NCBI RefSeq assembly: GCF_001194135.2 | Contig: NC_068992.1 | Location: 29,678,059-29,730,952 of the forward strand | DNA: 52,894 nucleotides | Direction of reading: 5' to 3' | Origin: Octopus bimaculoides | Lineage: Eukaryota | Shown: positions 1 to 12,499 of the stretch, in pieces | Layout: each line of letters begins with the position of its first letter | Numbering within the stretch: position 1 is the stretch's first letter | The notes under the pieces: generated by a model | Database searches by the model: none | Seen by the model: only the letters and a program-made list of their open reading frames with translations | What the model was told of the DNA's origin: nothing | Translations under genes and position numbers: made by a program

Positions 1-223
1 AAAAAAAAATATTCAGACAAATACATAACAAAAACACCAGGACTTACAAATATATATAACATACAGAAAATTGCACTATTGGGTACTGCACACATTCTAC
101 GCAAAACACTTTCAATACAGTAAACATAAGAGCACCACAGCAAACCACAGCACATACCCAAGGCGCACAGAGCTGCGCTCGGTAGTGAAGTGAAAGCACG
201 TTATAAAAATAAAACTACTGAAC

Positions 224-266
<43 letters not shown>
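1..266 (+). mobile_element. 3' end of an RLE-type non-LTR retrotransposon (R4/Dong/NeSL-like): ORF C-terminus, 3' UTR and (AAT)n tail
   Basis: Frame 1 reads KKKYSDKYITKTPGLTNIYNIQKIALLGTAHILRKTLSIQ* (stop 121-123). This matches the QKxxLLGTAxILRK C-terminus of RLE LINEs. About 100 nt of UTR follows, then (AAT)n at ~224-265. Confidence 0.8.
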
Positions 267-435
267 TATGGCATGATGTAGTATAGGCAGTGGCTTTCAA
301 GTTTTCTGACCTTAACTGCCTGGAAGTGTTAACTTGTACATGTTTTGTCTTGGTGTAAAAAATGGGGTACAGCAAATATTCTGCTCAATAACACAGATTT
401 GCTTGTCAGTTCTTGACTTCAACCACTTGAATATG

Positions 436-850
436 TCACTTAGTTACTGACAGGAGTTGTAGGGGAGCATAATTGCCATGTGTTGAGATGTAGTTTTTGA
501 GGTGTGAATAATTCACCTCTGGAAACATGGGTGTTTCGTTCATCATCCTTAAACAAACCTTATTCAAGTATATTTTGAACAGGATGGGCTGCTCAAACTC
601 AAGAACATTGTAACTGGTTTCCATCTGCAAGGTCATGTGCTGTTTATCTTGATATGAAATCACCATGTTCCGCATATATGGTTGTGATGCATGTACCTGG
701 TGTACACTTACCAGATCGGTAGTTATGATGGGTACACTGGGCCTCGGACATTTGCACCCCAATGTCACTTTGATGGTATGTACTCTTCTCTCACTTAATA
801 ATAATAATGATGATGATGATGATGATAATGATGATGATGATGATAATGAT
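436..850 (+). mobile_element. 5'-truncated retroposon 3' end with (AAT)n/(GAT)n tail
   Basis: Non-coding segment ending ...ctctcactt directly followed by an (AAT)/(GAT) tail at ~797-850. It resembles a common octopod LINE 3' UTR repeat (recalled, not searched). Confidence 0.5.
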
Positions 851-907
851 TATTGTCCATTATTGCGACCTCAGATGATGATTATTATCCATCATTGCGA
901 CCTCAGA
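848..907. repeat. 28-bp imperfect direct repeat, 2 copies, period 32
   Basis: gattattgtccattattgcgacctcaga (848-875) and gattattatccatcattgcgacctcaga (880-907). Confidence 0.85.
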
Positions 908-1114
908 GATCGACTGGTACATATTTAAATGACTTCCGAAAATATCAAAGCCAAAGTCAACACAGGCGGGATTTCAACTCAGAGCGTAAATAGCCGCAAG
1001 ACATACTACTACTAAGCATTGTGTCCGATGCATTAACAAATCTGCTCGCTCACCAACTTGATAATTCGTTCGGCAATAGGCACAAAGTCTGGAATTTACT
1101 ACTCGTTGTCTTTA

Positions 1115-1176
1115 ACAAGAAGAAGAACAACAACAGCAGCAAAAAGAACGACGACAACAGCAACAACAACAATAAT
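1115..1176. repeat. Compound (AAG)/(AAC)/(AAT) microsatellite
   Basis: Read directly from the sequence. Confidence 0.8.
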
Positions 1177-1190
1177 ATCTTCTATTATAG

Positions 1191-1326
1191 GGACAATGCC
1201 TGAAATTCGGAGGAGGGGTATAGTCGATTACATCAACCCCAATACTCAACAGGTTCTTATTTTATTGACCCAGAAGGATGAAAGTCAAAGTCGACCTCGG
1301 TGGAATTTGAAGTCGGAAAACATCAG
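1191..1326 (-). mobile_element. tRNA-derived SINE fragment (family A, Deu/Nin-like core)
   Basis: Reverse complement contains ttcaaattccaccgaggtcgactttgactttcatccttctgggtcaataaaataagaacc. It is homologous to copies at 4159, 10095, 18306, 35872 and 44510. Confidence 0.75.
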
Positions 1327-1499
1327 GTACATGTTAATGCTGTCACAAACATTACCTTACCTTAGTTGATGAGAGACATGAGTTTACACAGAAATCCTTG
1401 TGATGACAGCGTAATTGATGCTGCACCTTTAAGAGTAGGCCACTCGCTCGGCAGCAATTCAGTACAGATGCAGACTGACCTCAGTGTTTATCTTAAAAC

Positions 1500-3685
1500 A
1501 CAGCATCAGTACATATTAAAATAATAAATAGAAAAATGGAATGTGAGCAGAATGGGGTAGTGTCACTGTACTACTTGGAAGAGGTTATGGGAAACCTATA
1601 TTAACAATTTTGTTATGTTTGATGTAACAGAACAGACTCTAGTGGTCCAGGATAATACTATCAGAAGAAATAAGTGGATGAAAAAATTGGAAGTAAAGCA
1701 TATCGCTACACACAGAGAGAGAGAGAACAGCCAAACAAAGGATGAAGCAAGATGGACAAGTGTTGTAGTTCAGGCAAAGGAAGAGCTTACGAGAAACAAT
1801 AATATCGCTGCAATCAACGGTAAACTGAGACCAGCGTCTTAAGTGAAGAGAGTTGGAAGATGTAAGATGAATTGAAGGAAATAATGAGTAAAGAAGAAAA
1901 AATGAATTCTCAGCAGTAAAAGGTGTTAATTGAAGAAAGTTGCTAGATATGACTAAGGAAGTAGATTCTGTTATCAGTAGGATATATGCTAGAAATATAG
2001 GTGACACTAAACTTATTGATCTATACTGGGGGTGTAATAGTTACTAGCTGACTAGATATTCCACAGGGAAAGAAAAGGAACAAGCAGAAATGGAAATGGA
2101 CATTACAAAGTAATTGAAGACTTTATAATAAGGGTTGAGTAGAACAGAAGCTGGAAACAGGGTTAGATAAGGAACACAAGATTTACATCTTCTCTTGAGA
2201 AAAAAATACTTAGTCAAAGAGAAAGGACTTGGGACACTTGTAAAAAGGCAGAGACAGTATGTCGTAGCACTTCTAGATAACATTTTCTGATATCAGAAAA
2301 TAATAAGAACAGTATCAATAGAAGAGATTGTCTGAGACAGACCACATGAGTTTTACTGCTAAATAAATAGTGTAGAAGAAAGTACTGGAGATGAGAATCC
2401 TAATATAGAAGAAGCTAGTAAATACTGTCGTGATATTTGGTATAAGCCAGTTAATAATAATGAGGAAGCAGCATGGTTAAAGAAAATTAGAGAAGAGTTG
2501 AATAGAGCCCTAACCCTAACCTTGAAACTAAATATTGCATAGATGAGTAAATTGTAAGGACGTATTCCAAATAGAATGGGCCGTGGACCAGATTTAGTTG
2601 AATGGTACTGGTTAAAGAAGTTTAGTAGCTTACATAGGTGACTTAGAGGACAGCTTCAGGATTGCCTGAATGGAAGAGCAATATCTAATTAGATGACTAG
2701 AGACAAAACAGTACTTCATAAGAAAGACAAAAGCAAGGGCAATATAGCTGATAATTAGAAACAAATCAAATGCTTATAATTTGTGTGGAAGCTGTTAGCA
2801 GGAATGCTTTCAGAAAGCATTTATGAACATCATGGCAACCAGAAATTACTTTCAGAAGAACAGAAAGGGTACAAGAAGAAGACCAGAGGAATGCATGATC
2901 TATTATACATATACAAAGCAGTATAGTTACTTAGATATTCAGCAGTTTTTGTAGATTGGATAAAATGTAAATTAGCAAAACGAAACAGAAAACTAGGGAG
3001 GAATTCAATATGAATGAAGGACTTCATCCTAGAGCAGGGGTAGCAAGATTGCATGTACATAGGAAAGAAGGTAGTAAAGGCATGATACCAGTAGAAGACG
3101 GTATGAAGTGAGCTTCAGTAGATATAACCTCCTATGTAGGTAATAGTGAGGAAAGTTTATTAAGAACTGCTAGTGTAACAGTAGGAAAGAAGTACTGTCA
3201 AATGTAGTTAAAAAAAAAAAAGAAGCAATATTTTCTGATTAGCAAGAGATGACTTTGCATGCTAGATTTCCAAAGATAGTTGCAAAAAATAGTAATATGA
3301 ATGTGACATGGTTGGAGTCACAAAAAAGACGGCTGAAAAGGGAATCAGAAAGTTTGTTAGTTGCAACACAAAATCTGACATTCGGACTAACTGGATAAAA
3401 GCTAAGATTTACAAAAATCAGATGGATTTCTAGCGTAGGTTAAGTAAATCATAGAAAGGAAGTATTCTTCATATAGTTAGCGAATGTAGTATGCTGGTAC
3501 AGAAAGAATACAAGAAAAGACTTGACAATTTAGGGAGTTTTGTAGGAAGATAGGATTTGACCATATTGTTAAGTGGTACGAACATGAACTACTAAATTAC
3601 TAGAAATAAGAACGTATAGAGTGATGGAAAGTTTTAACATTCATGAGTGTGAATAATAGAATAATACAAGCTTGAAGGACTAATT

Positions 3686-3743
<58 letters not shown>

Positions 3744-4050
3744 CCAAGAGAATAGAAAGTTACAAAAAGTTAACTGATTTTACAGTCTCAATTGATGAGA
3801 AATATAAAAAGTATAGAGAGAGAGCAAAATAACTGGACCTAGACATTGATTTACAAAGGAAATGGAAAGTGCAGGTAAACTGTATCCCTGTAGTTATAGG
3901 TGCATAAGGACCTATTCCTAAAAAAATTAAGTAATAGATAAATAGAAGGCAGGCACAAAACCTAGTTTAGTACAGCTCTAGAAAACGCTATTATTAAGGA
4001 TAGCTAGTGTATTTAGGAAGGTTCTACACACCTAAGCTTAAATGTTGGGG
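1500..4050 (+). mobile_element. Decayed RLE-type LINE (R4/Dong-like) with the RT core deleted
   Basis: Broken frames give the N-terminal FDVTEQTLVVQDNTIRRNKW, the RT entry LLSEEQKGYKKKTRGMHDLLYI, and the thumb NMNEGLHPRAGVARLHVHRKEG. They also give the zinc-knuckle region SILHIVSECSMLVQKEYKKRLDNLG and the RLE region TDFTVSIDEK...KWKVQVNCIPVVIGA*GPIPK. Many stops and frameshifts. Confidence 0.85.
3688..3744 (+). repeat. (GTA)18 microsatellite inside the LINE RLE domain
   Basis: 18 GTA units plus GTC, in frame after aat tta (N-L) of the degenerate RPDLV motif. Confidence 0.9.
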
Positions 4051-4053
4051 CCC

Positions 4054-4147
4054 GATGCTCAAGAATACAACACACAGTCCAGTCCGGGAATTGCACTCAT
4101 TACGTCATGATTGTGAGCCCGACGCTCTAACCACTGAGCCATGCGTC
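4054..4147 (-). mobile_element. tRNA-like SINE head (family B)
   Basis: Reverse complement gacgcatggctcagtggttagagcgtcgggctcac...gagtgcaattcccggactggactgtgtgttgtattcttgagca has a Pol III A box (TGGCTCAGTGG) and a degenerate B box. A related copy lies at ~39915-39992. Confidence 0.7.
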
Positions 4148-4158
4148 AAAAAATATTC

Positions 4159-4370
4159 CTTTCTACTAAAGGCACAAGGCCTGATGTTTTGGGGGAGGGG
4201 ACTGGTCGATTACAACGACCGCAGTGTTTTACTGGTACTTAATTTATCGACCCCGAAAGGATGAAAAGAAAAGTCGACCGCGGCAGAATTTGAACTCAGA
4301 ATATAAAAACTGTTGAAATACTGTTAAGCATTTCACCCGGCGCGATAACGAATCTGCCAGCTCGTCGCCT
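4159..4370 (-). mobile_element. SINE family A, near complete
   Basis: Reverse complement contains gagttcaaattctgccgcggtcgacttttcttttcatcctttcggggtcgataaattaagtaccag (B box plus core). Confidence 0.8.
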
Positions 4371-4712
4371 GAATAATGATAACTGATTCTGATTTAGTTT
4401 CTGATTTGGGCTGAAAATCAGCTGTTTTGAGAAGGGGGTTAATATTCGCTCTCGATCTCAGTTTTTTGTGTTCCATCCCCTTCCTGCGAATAGAAGAGAA
4501 AGTTAACTACGATGAGATCTCAGAACAATGATGGAGACACTCGCGCGCATGCACACATATATATATACAAACAGCTGCACCAATGCAACACACAAATACA
4601 CACAGAAAAACAAATAATAAATAAGCAGAGATACATGTATGATGTGTACATATACGTACACTTAGTACATTCACTGTTATATCAACTTATTCATTATTTT
4701 CGTATATATATA

Positions 4713-5173
4713 NNNNNNNNNNNNNNNNNNNNNNNNNNNNNNNNNNNNNNNNNNNNNNNNNNNNNNNNNNNNNNNNNNNNNNNNNNNNNNNNNNNNNNNN
4801 NNNNNNNNNNNNNNNNNNNNNNNNNNNNNNNNNNNNNNNNNNNNNNNNNNNNNNNNNNNNNNNNNNNNNNNNNNNNNNNNNNNNNNNNNNNNNNNNNNNN
4901 NNNNNNNNNNNNNNNNNNNNNNNNNNNNNNNNNNNNNNNNNNNNNNNNNNNNNNNNNNNNNNNNNNNNNNNNNNNNNNNNNNNNNNNNNNNNNNNNNNNN
5001 NNNNNNNNNNNNNNNNNNNNNNNNNNNNNNNNNNNNNNNNNNNNNNNNNNNNNNNNNNNNNNNNNNNNNNNNNNNNNNNNNNNNNNNNNNNNNNNNNNNN
5101 NNNNNNNNNNNNNNNNNNNNNNNNNNNNNNNNNNNNNNNNNNNNNNNNNNNNNNNNNNNNNNNNNNNNNNNNN
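4713..5173. other. Assembly gap flanked by (AT)n
   Basis: N run. Confidence 0.99.
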
Positions 5174-5609
5174 TATATATATATATATATATATATATGT
5201 CTACAGAGAGAGAGAGAGGGAGAAAGAAATATGTGTGTTTGTATTTGTTTGTGTACATGTGTATGTACATATATGTTTCACCAATATACACACAACTATC
5301 TTCCTGTGAGTACGCGCAAACTCGACCACTTGTTAGTTACATTAGTAATTGCTTGGAGTTTTATATGCGAGAAAATCCATGTCTAACCTCTGCAATTCTC
5401 CGCTTGTAAAATGAATATTTTGACTCATGTTTCTTTTGTTATTTAATCTGTGACTGGCAGACATTTGGTCAGTTTGATGCTATATTTCGCAAAATATATT
5501 ACCTGGCCTCTTCTTCATGCATATGCACGTATGAACAGGCGTACACACATGCATAGGCAAACGAAACATATGATATGTAAGAATGTACACAACCATACAT
5601 ATGTACACA

Positions 5610-5616
5610 TACACAC

Positions 5617-5653
<37 letters not shown>

Positions 5654-5663
5654 NNNNNNNNNN

Positions 5664-5710
<47 letters not shown>

Positions 5711-5844
5711 GTGAGCGCGCACATACACATTTGTATTGATATGGGTGTATGTATTTATATATATATGTGTGTGTGTATACAATAATAACAACAGCAACTA
5801 CAACACCAACAACAACAACAATAATAATAATAATAATAATAATG

Positions 5845-5896
<52 letters not shown>

Positions 5897-5913
5897 TAAT
5901 AATAATAATAATA
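5610..5913. repeat. (AT)n with 10-N gap (5654-5663), (CA)/(TG) and long (AAC)/(AAT)n block
   Basis: Read directly from the sequence. Confidence 0.95.
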
Positions 5914-6259
5914 AATCAAGAGTTTCACCTGTTTTTCTTGTTTTGACACAATAGAACAACTGTGACATCTTATCACAGTGTTCTATTAAATGTTGATATT
6001 AGTTAACCTCATTCTAGCAGAAATGCTTGGAATATTTCCGTCAGCTTCCGTTACATATTACTTCATATTCTTCTACAATTATTTGTTATATTTTCCGGTC
6101 AACGCACATCAGTATTTCCCCTACTCTCCAGTTTTTGTAAATTGTTTCATATATTCTGCATGACTTCTTGTGTTTTTTTATCAAAGTAAGGCTGTCTTCA
6201 TCTGTTAAACTCTTCAACCGCTAATTTGCTTTGATAGATGCGGCTGCAGTGCATATTTA

Positions 6260-6319
6260 CAGGCACACACAATGATATTCGAGCAGGCACACACAATGAT
6301 ATTGGAGCAGGCACACACA
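6260..6319. repeat. 24-bp minisatellite, 2.5 copies
   Basis: caggcacacacaatgatatt[c/g]gag twice (6260-6283, 6284-6307), then caggcacacaca. Confidence 0.9.
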
Positions 6320-6812
6320 CGAAAAACATGCAAGTACACATATGCATATATATACAAGAACGTATTCATACACGCACGCATATAAAGATGCAGGCACACA
6401 AATGTGCGTGTGTGTATTTTAGTGGAGATAGGTGTTTGTGTTCTTCTGTGTGAAGGAATTAATATTCAGTTCATCTTTCTCTCTACATATCTATCGGCTC
6501 TCAGTCTCTTTCTCTTTCCATACACACATGCACAGACACAAATACATGTACTGGCATGCATGCACGCATATATGCTACATGGCCAAGTGGTGAGTTGTTT
6601 CTCATGATCACATTTGTTAGCGCTTGACTTCTGCACAGGGTACGTCGCGGTGTCCCTAAGCAAGATACTTTCTTTCATGTTTATTCAATCCGTTAAGATG
6701 AAACGAGTATCTATCTTTTGATATCTTCGACAGGGCCTAGAATGCGTTTATGTCTACATATGACTTAATGTTTACATACAATCAATTAACGGAAACATAT
6801 TCTTTCCGCTTG

Positions 6813-7000
6813 AAGAGAGAGAGAGAGAGAGAGAGAGAGTGAGAAGAAAAGAGGGAGAGAGAGAGAGAGAGAAAGACTAAAAAAAGGGATGAAGAACAGT
6901 ATCGTAGATGACCGCGCACTCACATACACACGAACGCACATACACACACAGCACACACACACACACAATCGTGCATGTAAACACACACACACACACACAT
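6813..7000. repeat. (AG)n and (CA)n microsatellites
   Basis: Read directly from the sequence. Confidence 0.9.
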
Positions 7001-7006
7001 AGTAAA

Positions 7007-7217
7007 ATAAGATGACAAAATGGAGTAAGCGATTATCTTACGAATTTCATTAGCTAACAGCTGTTTCTCCTATAAGATGCACTTCATATTTGATGCTGAG
7101 ATGAAGCTATAAGGTATTACGCAGGCACTCAACAATGAGTCCACTGCAACTCAGAACAGAAACAGCTGTTAGTTAGTGAAGGTAATAAGGTAATCGTTTA
7201 TTCCTTTGTCATCTTAT
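7007..7217. mobile_element. MITE-like fold-back element with ~60-bp terminal inverted repeats
   Basis: 7025-7068 and 7158-7201 match ungapped at 35/44, with the innermost 15 perfect. The outer 13 bp (7007-7019 and 7205-7217) are perfect. No clear target-site duplication seen. Confidence 0.65.
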
Positions 7218-7534
7218 CTCATTATTGCCACTCTGTACTCGTCTATTGTTTTGTTCTGAAGCATGTGTATACTGAGTGCTACACTACGTTATTAATCTCG
7301 CAATACCTAAAAGAAATTAGATGCATATATTAATGTATGTATATCATTATATATGTGTGCCTTTGTGCATGTATATATATACCATTCACACACAAATACA
7401 GATAAACATATGTACACACGTAAAACTTCATTGGTCTATAACCGCTGAAGGCCGAGTGGAGAGTTGTGTGTGCCTCTCTGTGTGTGCGTGTGTGTGCGTT
7501 TGTGTCTGTGTTTGTATAACTTCCCCAACCATGT

Positions 7535-7588
7535 GAGCATGGAAGGCGGCCGTTAAACGGTGATGACGACGATGGTGACGATGGTGAT
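7535..7588 (+). mobile_element. Probable SINE/RTE-type 3' tail fragment ending in (GAT)-like repeats
   Basis: gagcatggaaggcggccgttaaacggtgatgacgacgatggtgacgatggtgat. Family assignment is from memory only. Confidence 0.3.
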
Positions 7589-8243
7589 TATACATATATC
7601 AGTTTCAAATTACGATATTTTTATACCTTGAAAATATATTCTTTGACTAATTTTATTTGTCGAGAACATACGTGGTATGTAGGAGTTTCATTTTATAAAT
7701 TCCTATTAATTTAAAAATGTCGACTGTTGATTCTATCTTTTGTACACGAGTCATTAATTCCTGATGTAATATTGTCAATTAACAAGTTAATGTATACTTT
7801 AAATAATGTAACAAAAGTGTCATTAACCTCAGAAACATCTTCGTGCTAATGAAAGCATATTCGACTAAAAAATTAGGATTTGTTAATGTGAGTGGCTCCT
7901 AGACACTAGTTATGCATTATCTAATTTAATCTGTGTGTATTGTTTATATACCATAACCGAGGAGATATAATCTATAAATTTTGTTTTGCTTCTTTTTTCT
8001 CTTTGAATAGTTCGACTGATATATGCAGAACAAAGGGAGAAAATAAGTGCTTTACTTGTTCCTTAGGGGAAGTTTAGAGGTTGATAAGTACACGAAACGT
8101 GACAAGGATAGTGTTGAAGAAGGAAACGGATAAGAAGTGTGAATGATATTGCTATAGAGAGACTGAAAAGCATGTACCTAACGTTTAACTAAGAAAAAAT
8201 ATGCATAAATGCACATACATGTGTGAAGATATATGGAACCCAT

Positions 8244-8246
<3 letters not shown>

Positions 8247-8299
<53 letters not shown>
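8247..8299. repeat. (CA)n microsatellite
   Basis: Perfect run. Confidence 0.98.
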
Positions 8300-8303
<4 letters not shown>

Positions 8304-8399
8304 TATTAATGCAGGCAAATATATATGGCTACACATACATGTATCCATACATAGATTCCATTCACTCAATCTATCACCGCTCTTTCACCTAGATTTTAG

Positions 8400-10095
8400 A
8401 ATCAAAGACTTCCACTTCCTATGACTCATTACTCTATATCTGTACCGCCTATTCCTGTCCAAACCACCGAAACGAGCATCAATTATAACTATTAAATTCT
8501 ATAGCGTTAAGAGCAACTCTTTTATCTCTCATCTCTCCGAATTTATAGTCCTCGTTAACTTCTACACTCACATCTCTTGGATTTCATACTCGTCTTTTTG
8601 CTATTCACATGTCCTTACGCAAATCTTAACTTGCTAATCTTCTACCTGCATTTCTGACCGACACACAGGCACTTCAGAATCCTTGGTCTCTTTCTCACGT
8701 AAAACATAATCTCTATCAAAACAGATATGTCACTGGACCTATTGAGTCACCTGATCATAGTGTTGCCACAAGTACCTAACATGCAGTTAGATCCTTCTGG
8801 CTCCTTTATAAAAGCATCGCAGTCATCTTTGCCGAGACCATTTTCCCTTCCCTTTTGAACAATGGTGATTCAATAAGCAGCTTCTACACAAAAATTGACT
8901 ACTTTTACCACTCACCTTTCGTCTAACTTTATAGTACACGCCTATAGTTAATACCTTACACAAATAGCATTTTCAAATCCAATGGGCTTCTCTTCACAAG
9001 CATACACATGTCCGTGAATATATCTAGCTACTCTGTCCCTGACACCCATATTTGCTCACCCATGTTTGCTTCTACACTCATCAAACACTTTGACATCTTA
9101 CTTTAGGAACTTATCCTGACATTTATCAGTAGATTTCACTTTCAAAACGAATCACCTCTCGCCCTAGTACACTCCAAAATAATGGAAACAACCCTTAACA
9201 ATAACGTTTTCAAATACCTGATAAGGACTCACTACTTATTAGCCACCACCATGTGCTCCGCTAATACTGAAGAAATGGAAACCTACACTCATGTGCCATC
9301 ACCAGCAAACTCTTGCTTCAGAGAAATTCAACAAAATTAATGTTGTTGCTTTTGACATCAGCAAAGGTTTCGACTCTTCGAGCCAATCTCCTATCAAACC
9401 ATCCCACTTACAGACTCTACCCGATTTTCTTCTCTTAGATCAGAAGCTTTCTGTTGGGAGCGTTATCTTTTCTTTCAACCAAGTTAAATGTTTGATAGAT
9501 TTCGGTTTTATGCTTTACACGTTTCCTTCTCTACATTTATAATCTACTTGTCACTATATCCAACAGCACCCACTTCTATGCACGATATACGGTTCTTCAT
9601 TTCTCTCTAATTTACCCTGTCTGCGTATTAATATCACACAATCTATACATCTCTTGGTCAACTACAAGGGCATCTTCCAATGGGGCCATGCTTATCTTGC
9701 ATCTTTTAACAGAAAAAAAAAAACTCTAACATTACACGTATCAAGAAAAGAACCAACGAACCACACCCTTCTAAACATCTGCGGACTCAGCTAAATTTCG
9801 CATAGTCGCTCTCAATGTTGGGGCCCAGTATGAACGAGGATTCTTCCTGGTGTAAAACATCGTTAACACAGCTACGGCAATATTTCAAAAGACTAATCTT
9901 TTTCTTCAAGTCCAGAACATGTTTCAGCCCCAATTACTGTTGACACTCTACAAAGTCCAGATGTGGACACATCGGAGTAATGTTACTGTATACTGAACGG
10001 TGCTAGTGTTGTCCGCAAAAACATCTTGGACCATATTCAGAGAATTGCCACACGATCATTGACTGTCAATCCGTTACAGACACATTTGAATCTCT
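8400..10095 (+). mobile_element. Highly decayed APE/RT LINE (CR1/L2/Jockey group)
   Basis: RT motif KINVVAFDISKGFDS at ~9333-9377, a degenerate FYAxD-like motif near 9575 and LDHIQRIATR-like thumb text near 10025. C/T-rich sense strand. A SINE interrupts it at ~10095. Confidence 0.65.
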
Positions 10096-10250
10096 AGCTC
10101 ACTGGTTAGAGCGTTGGATAAAATACCTTTTAGCATTTAGTCATCTTTCTCTTTTCCGAGTTCAATTCTCGTCGAAATCAACTTTACCTTTCATCTTTCT
10201 AGGTCCACAAAATAAAGTACAAATCAAGTACTGCTCTCAATTTAAGCGAC
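10095..10250 (+). mobile_element. Diverged SINE family A
   Basis: gagttcaattctcgtcgaaatcaactttacctttcatctttctaggtccacaaaataaagtac matches the family A core. Confidence 0.6.
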
Positions 10251-11849
10251 TATACACTGCAAATATGGATTTTGTCAATGTTTAGCACCAGTTTAACTCT
10301 AGTTGAGCAAAAAACATCATCAACGCCAACCCATCATTTTATTTTCTTACATAATGTATCGAGGACTGCATCATCCAATTTGTCCTTTCTTAAGATGGTA
10401 GGGTGGAAGTTGAGATTTGATTGCTATTTCTAGCCTGGCCGTACGACCACGCGGAGATTCCGCGCTTCTCTATCTTCTCTGATGAAAAGATAGCCATGTT
10501 TTGCTAAAGGAAAAAATAATAAAAACAAGCATTAAAAAAGTATATATTGGCGCAGTTGAAAGACAGCAAACTAATACTTTGCGAAACCTGCTTTTAATCA
10601 TCATTTCATTGTCCTAAAGTCCTAAAGTTCAAACTGCTTCCTGGACTCTTCCTCAAAGTTCGATAATACCAGTAATGTGCAAGGATCGATGTAATCAACA
10701 GTATGATATCCTTATTAAAAAAAAAACTTCGTCTTAGTCACAAAACATTGTTTTCAAAGGTGAAGTAAATAAAATCAGGCCAGTTGGGATTTTCGCAACT
10801 TGTGTCTCTTTGTCTTCATCTTTTCGTTCTAGCTCACAGACGCTATGTTTTTCTGCCGATACAATGATGGCCTCTGATCTTCATAGCTAGGTAATCTCAT
10901 ATCTCGATTATTCAGGCACCACAACCTCCTGGGACTGAAGTGGCATCAAATCCCTCCGCAGCAACCACAATGCGCAGTTTGGAATCCTCTTTCTGCTTTT
11001 ATCTTTCTTTCAGATGTTTAGTGCAGCAGTTTAATCAGAAGTAACTACAAGTAAAGAATTGAAATTACAGGTAGTTCTTCACAACTCTTTCTGGTGTCAG
11101 GTGTTCATTAGCCGTAGTTATATGCATTACAACTATATATACATAAGGCAGATTATTTCAAGTTACAGTATACGAATCAGCACAGTTGTACGTTACGCGG
11201 AAGGTTGCGAGATCATATTTTATAGAGTAATGTAAATAGATATGTCGTTTTAAGGAGAAGAGAATTATATACAAAATAGACACTAGATGATTGCCAAGGC
11301 ATAAAAGATAATTAAAGGCATTACAAATCAGGTGAGCAAGAAGTAGGAAGTGTATATTGGCAGAACATAATGACCTATAGTTTGAAAAGAAGTATTTTAA
11401 AGAGTTGATGAAAGCAGGTGATTATAACTTCTAAAATCTCCATGTATGCTTCAGAACAACGATTTCATAAAGCTCTGCCACGGTCAGAAGGCATTTCTGT
11501 AGTATTAATTGACCGGATAATACTATAGGCAATGGTGTATCCTTGAGATAGAGTATGTTGATAGATATGCGAAGTAGAGGTTATACGTTCTGCGTAAGCG
11601 AACCTGGTGAGATGTAATGAAATTTCATACTTAAATCTAACCGCTATATTTTAGTGGTGTTGCGTTGTTTAATATGCAGCACAATTATATATATATATCT
11701 ATATACAGTAAAGGCTATTCTGGGAGCAATCATCAGGTATCCTACAGTTGCATAATGTTTCATCCAATATCAGTCCGTGATCGTTATTATTTTTATTATT
11801 GTTATTATTCCTATCGATAAACTAGTACTAAGGCAGTGCGAGCTAAGCG

Positions 11850-11990
11850 TATATATATGTATGTGTGTGTGTGTGTGTGTGTGTGTGGGTGTGTGTGTGT
11901 GTACGTGTGTGTACGTGCGTGTATGTGTGTACGTGCGTATGTGTATGTATGTTTGTGTGTGTGTGTATATCTGTGTATATGTGTATGTGC
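11850..11990. repeat. (TG)n / (TGTA)n microsatellite
   Basis: Read directly from the sequence. Confidence 0.95.
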
Positions 11991-12344
11991 GAATGTAGAG
12001 GAAGGCGGATTGAAAGTGTTGAAGCAATAAACATTTCTCACATTCCGAACGATACAGAAGTGAAAGAAAAATACTTCTGAGTTCCAGGAAAAATGACGGC
12101 TCGTGGGTTTTTCACAGTTTTCTAAATTCTACAAAATGGAATTTTGTTTGATGGGTGTCAATTAATTTCATACATAGATCTAGAGTTTTAATTAATTATT
12201 TGTTTATAGTTTTATCAGAAATATCTTCCTATATCTCTTGATAGATGAAAATCTATTTGCGCATTTGCATGCGTGGACTGTGAAATTGTTAACCTAAACT
12301 ATCTACTTCATTGCCTATATTTACATTTATCAAACAGTCAATCG

Positions 12345-12360
12345 ATAAATCTATCCACCC

Positions 12361-12407
<47 letters not shown>

Positions 12408-12447
12408 CATCTATCTATCTATCCATCTATCTATCTATCTATCTATA
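12345..12447. repeat. (ATCT)n/(ATCC) tetranucleotide repeat
   Basis: Read directly from the sequence. Confidence 0.95.
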
Positions 12448-12499
12448 CCTACACGTACACACACATATAGTTATAGATATTCTTTTCCTTGTATTTTTT

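Noticed and set aside
2508-2523. CCCTAACCCTAACCT telomere-like motif
   Set aside because: Only two full units, inside a LINE. Not an interstitial telomeric array.
4054-4147. Possible tRNA gene (also 34560-34612 and 46450-46505)
   Set aside because: A/B boxes are present but there is no complete cloverleaf, and the sequence continues into SINE body.
6260-6319. Regularly spaced repeats as a CRISPR array (also 848-907 and 22008-22160)
   Set aside because: No unique spacers, no cas genes, eukaryotic context.
11014-11070. Plus-strand segment with good acceptor and donor
   Set aside because: All three frames contain stops.
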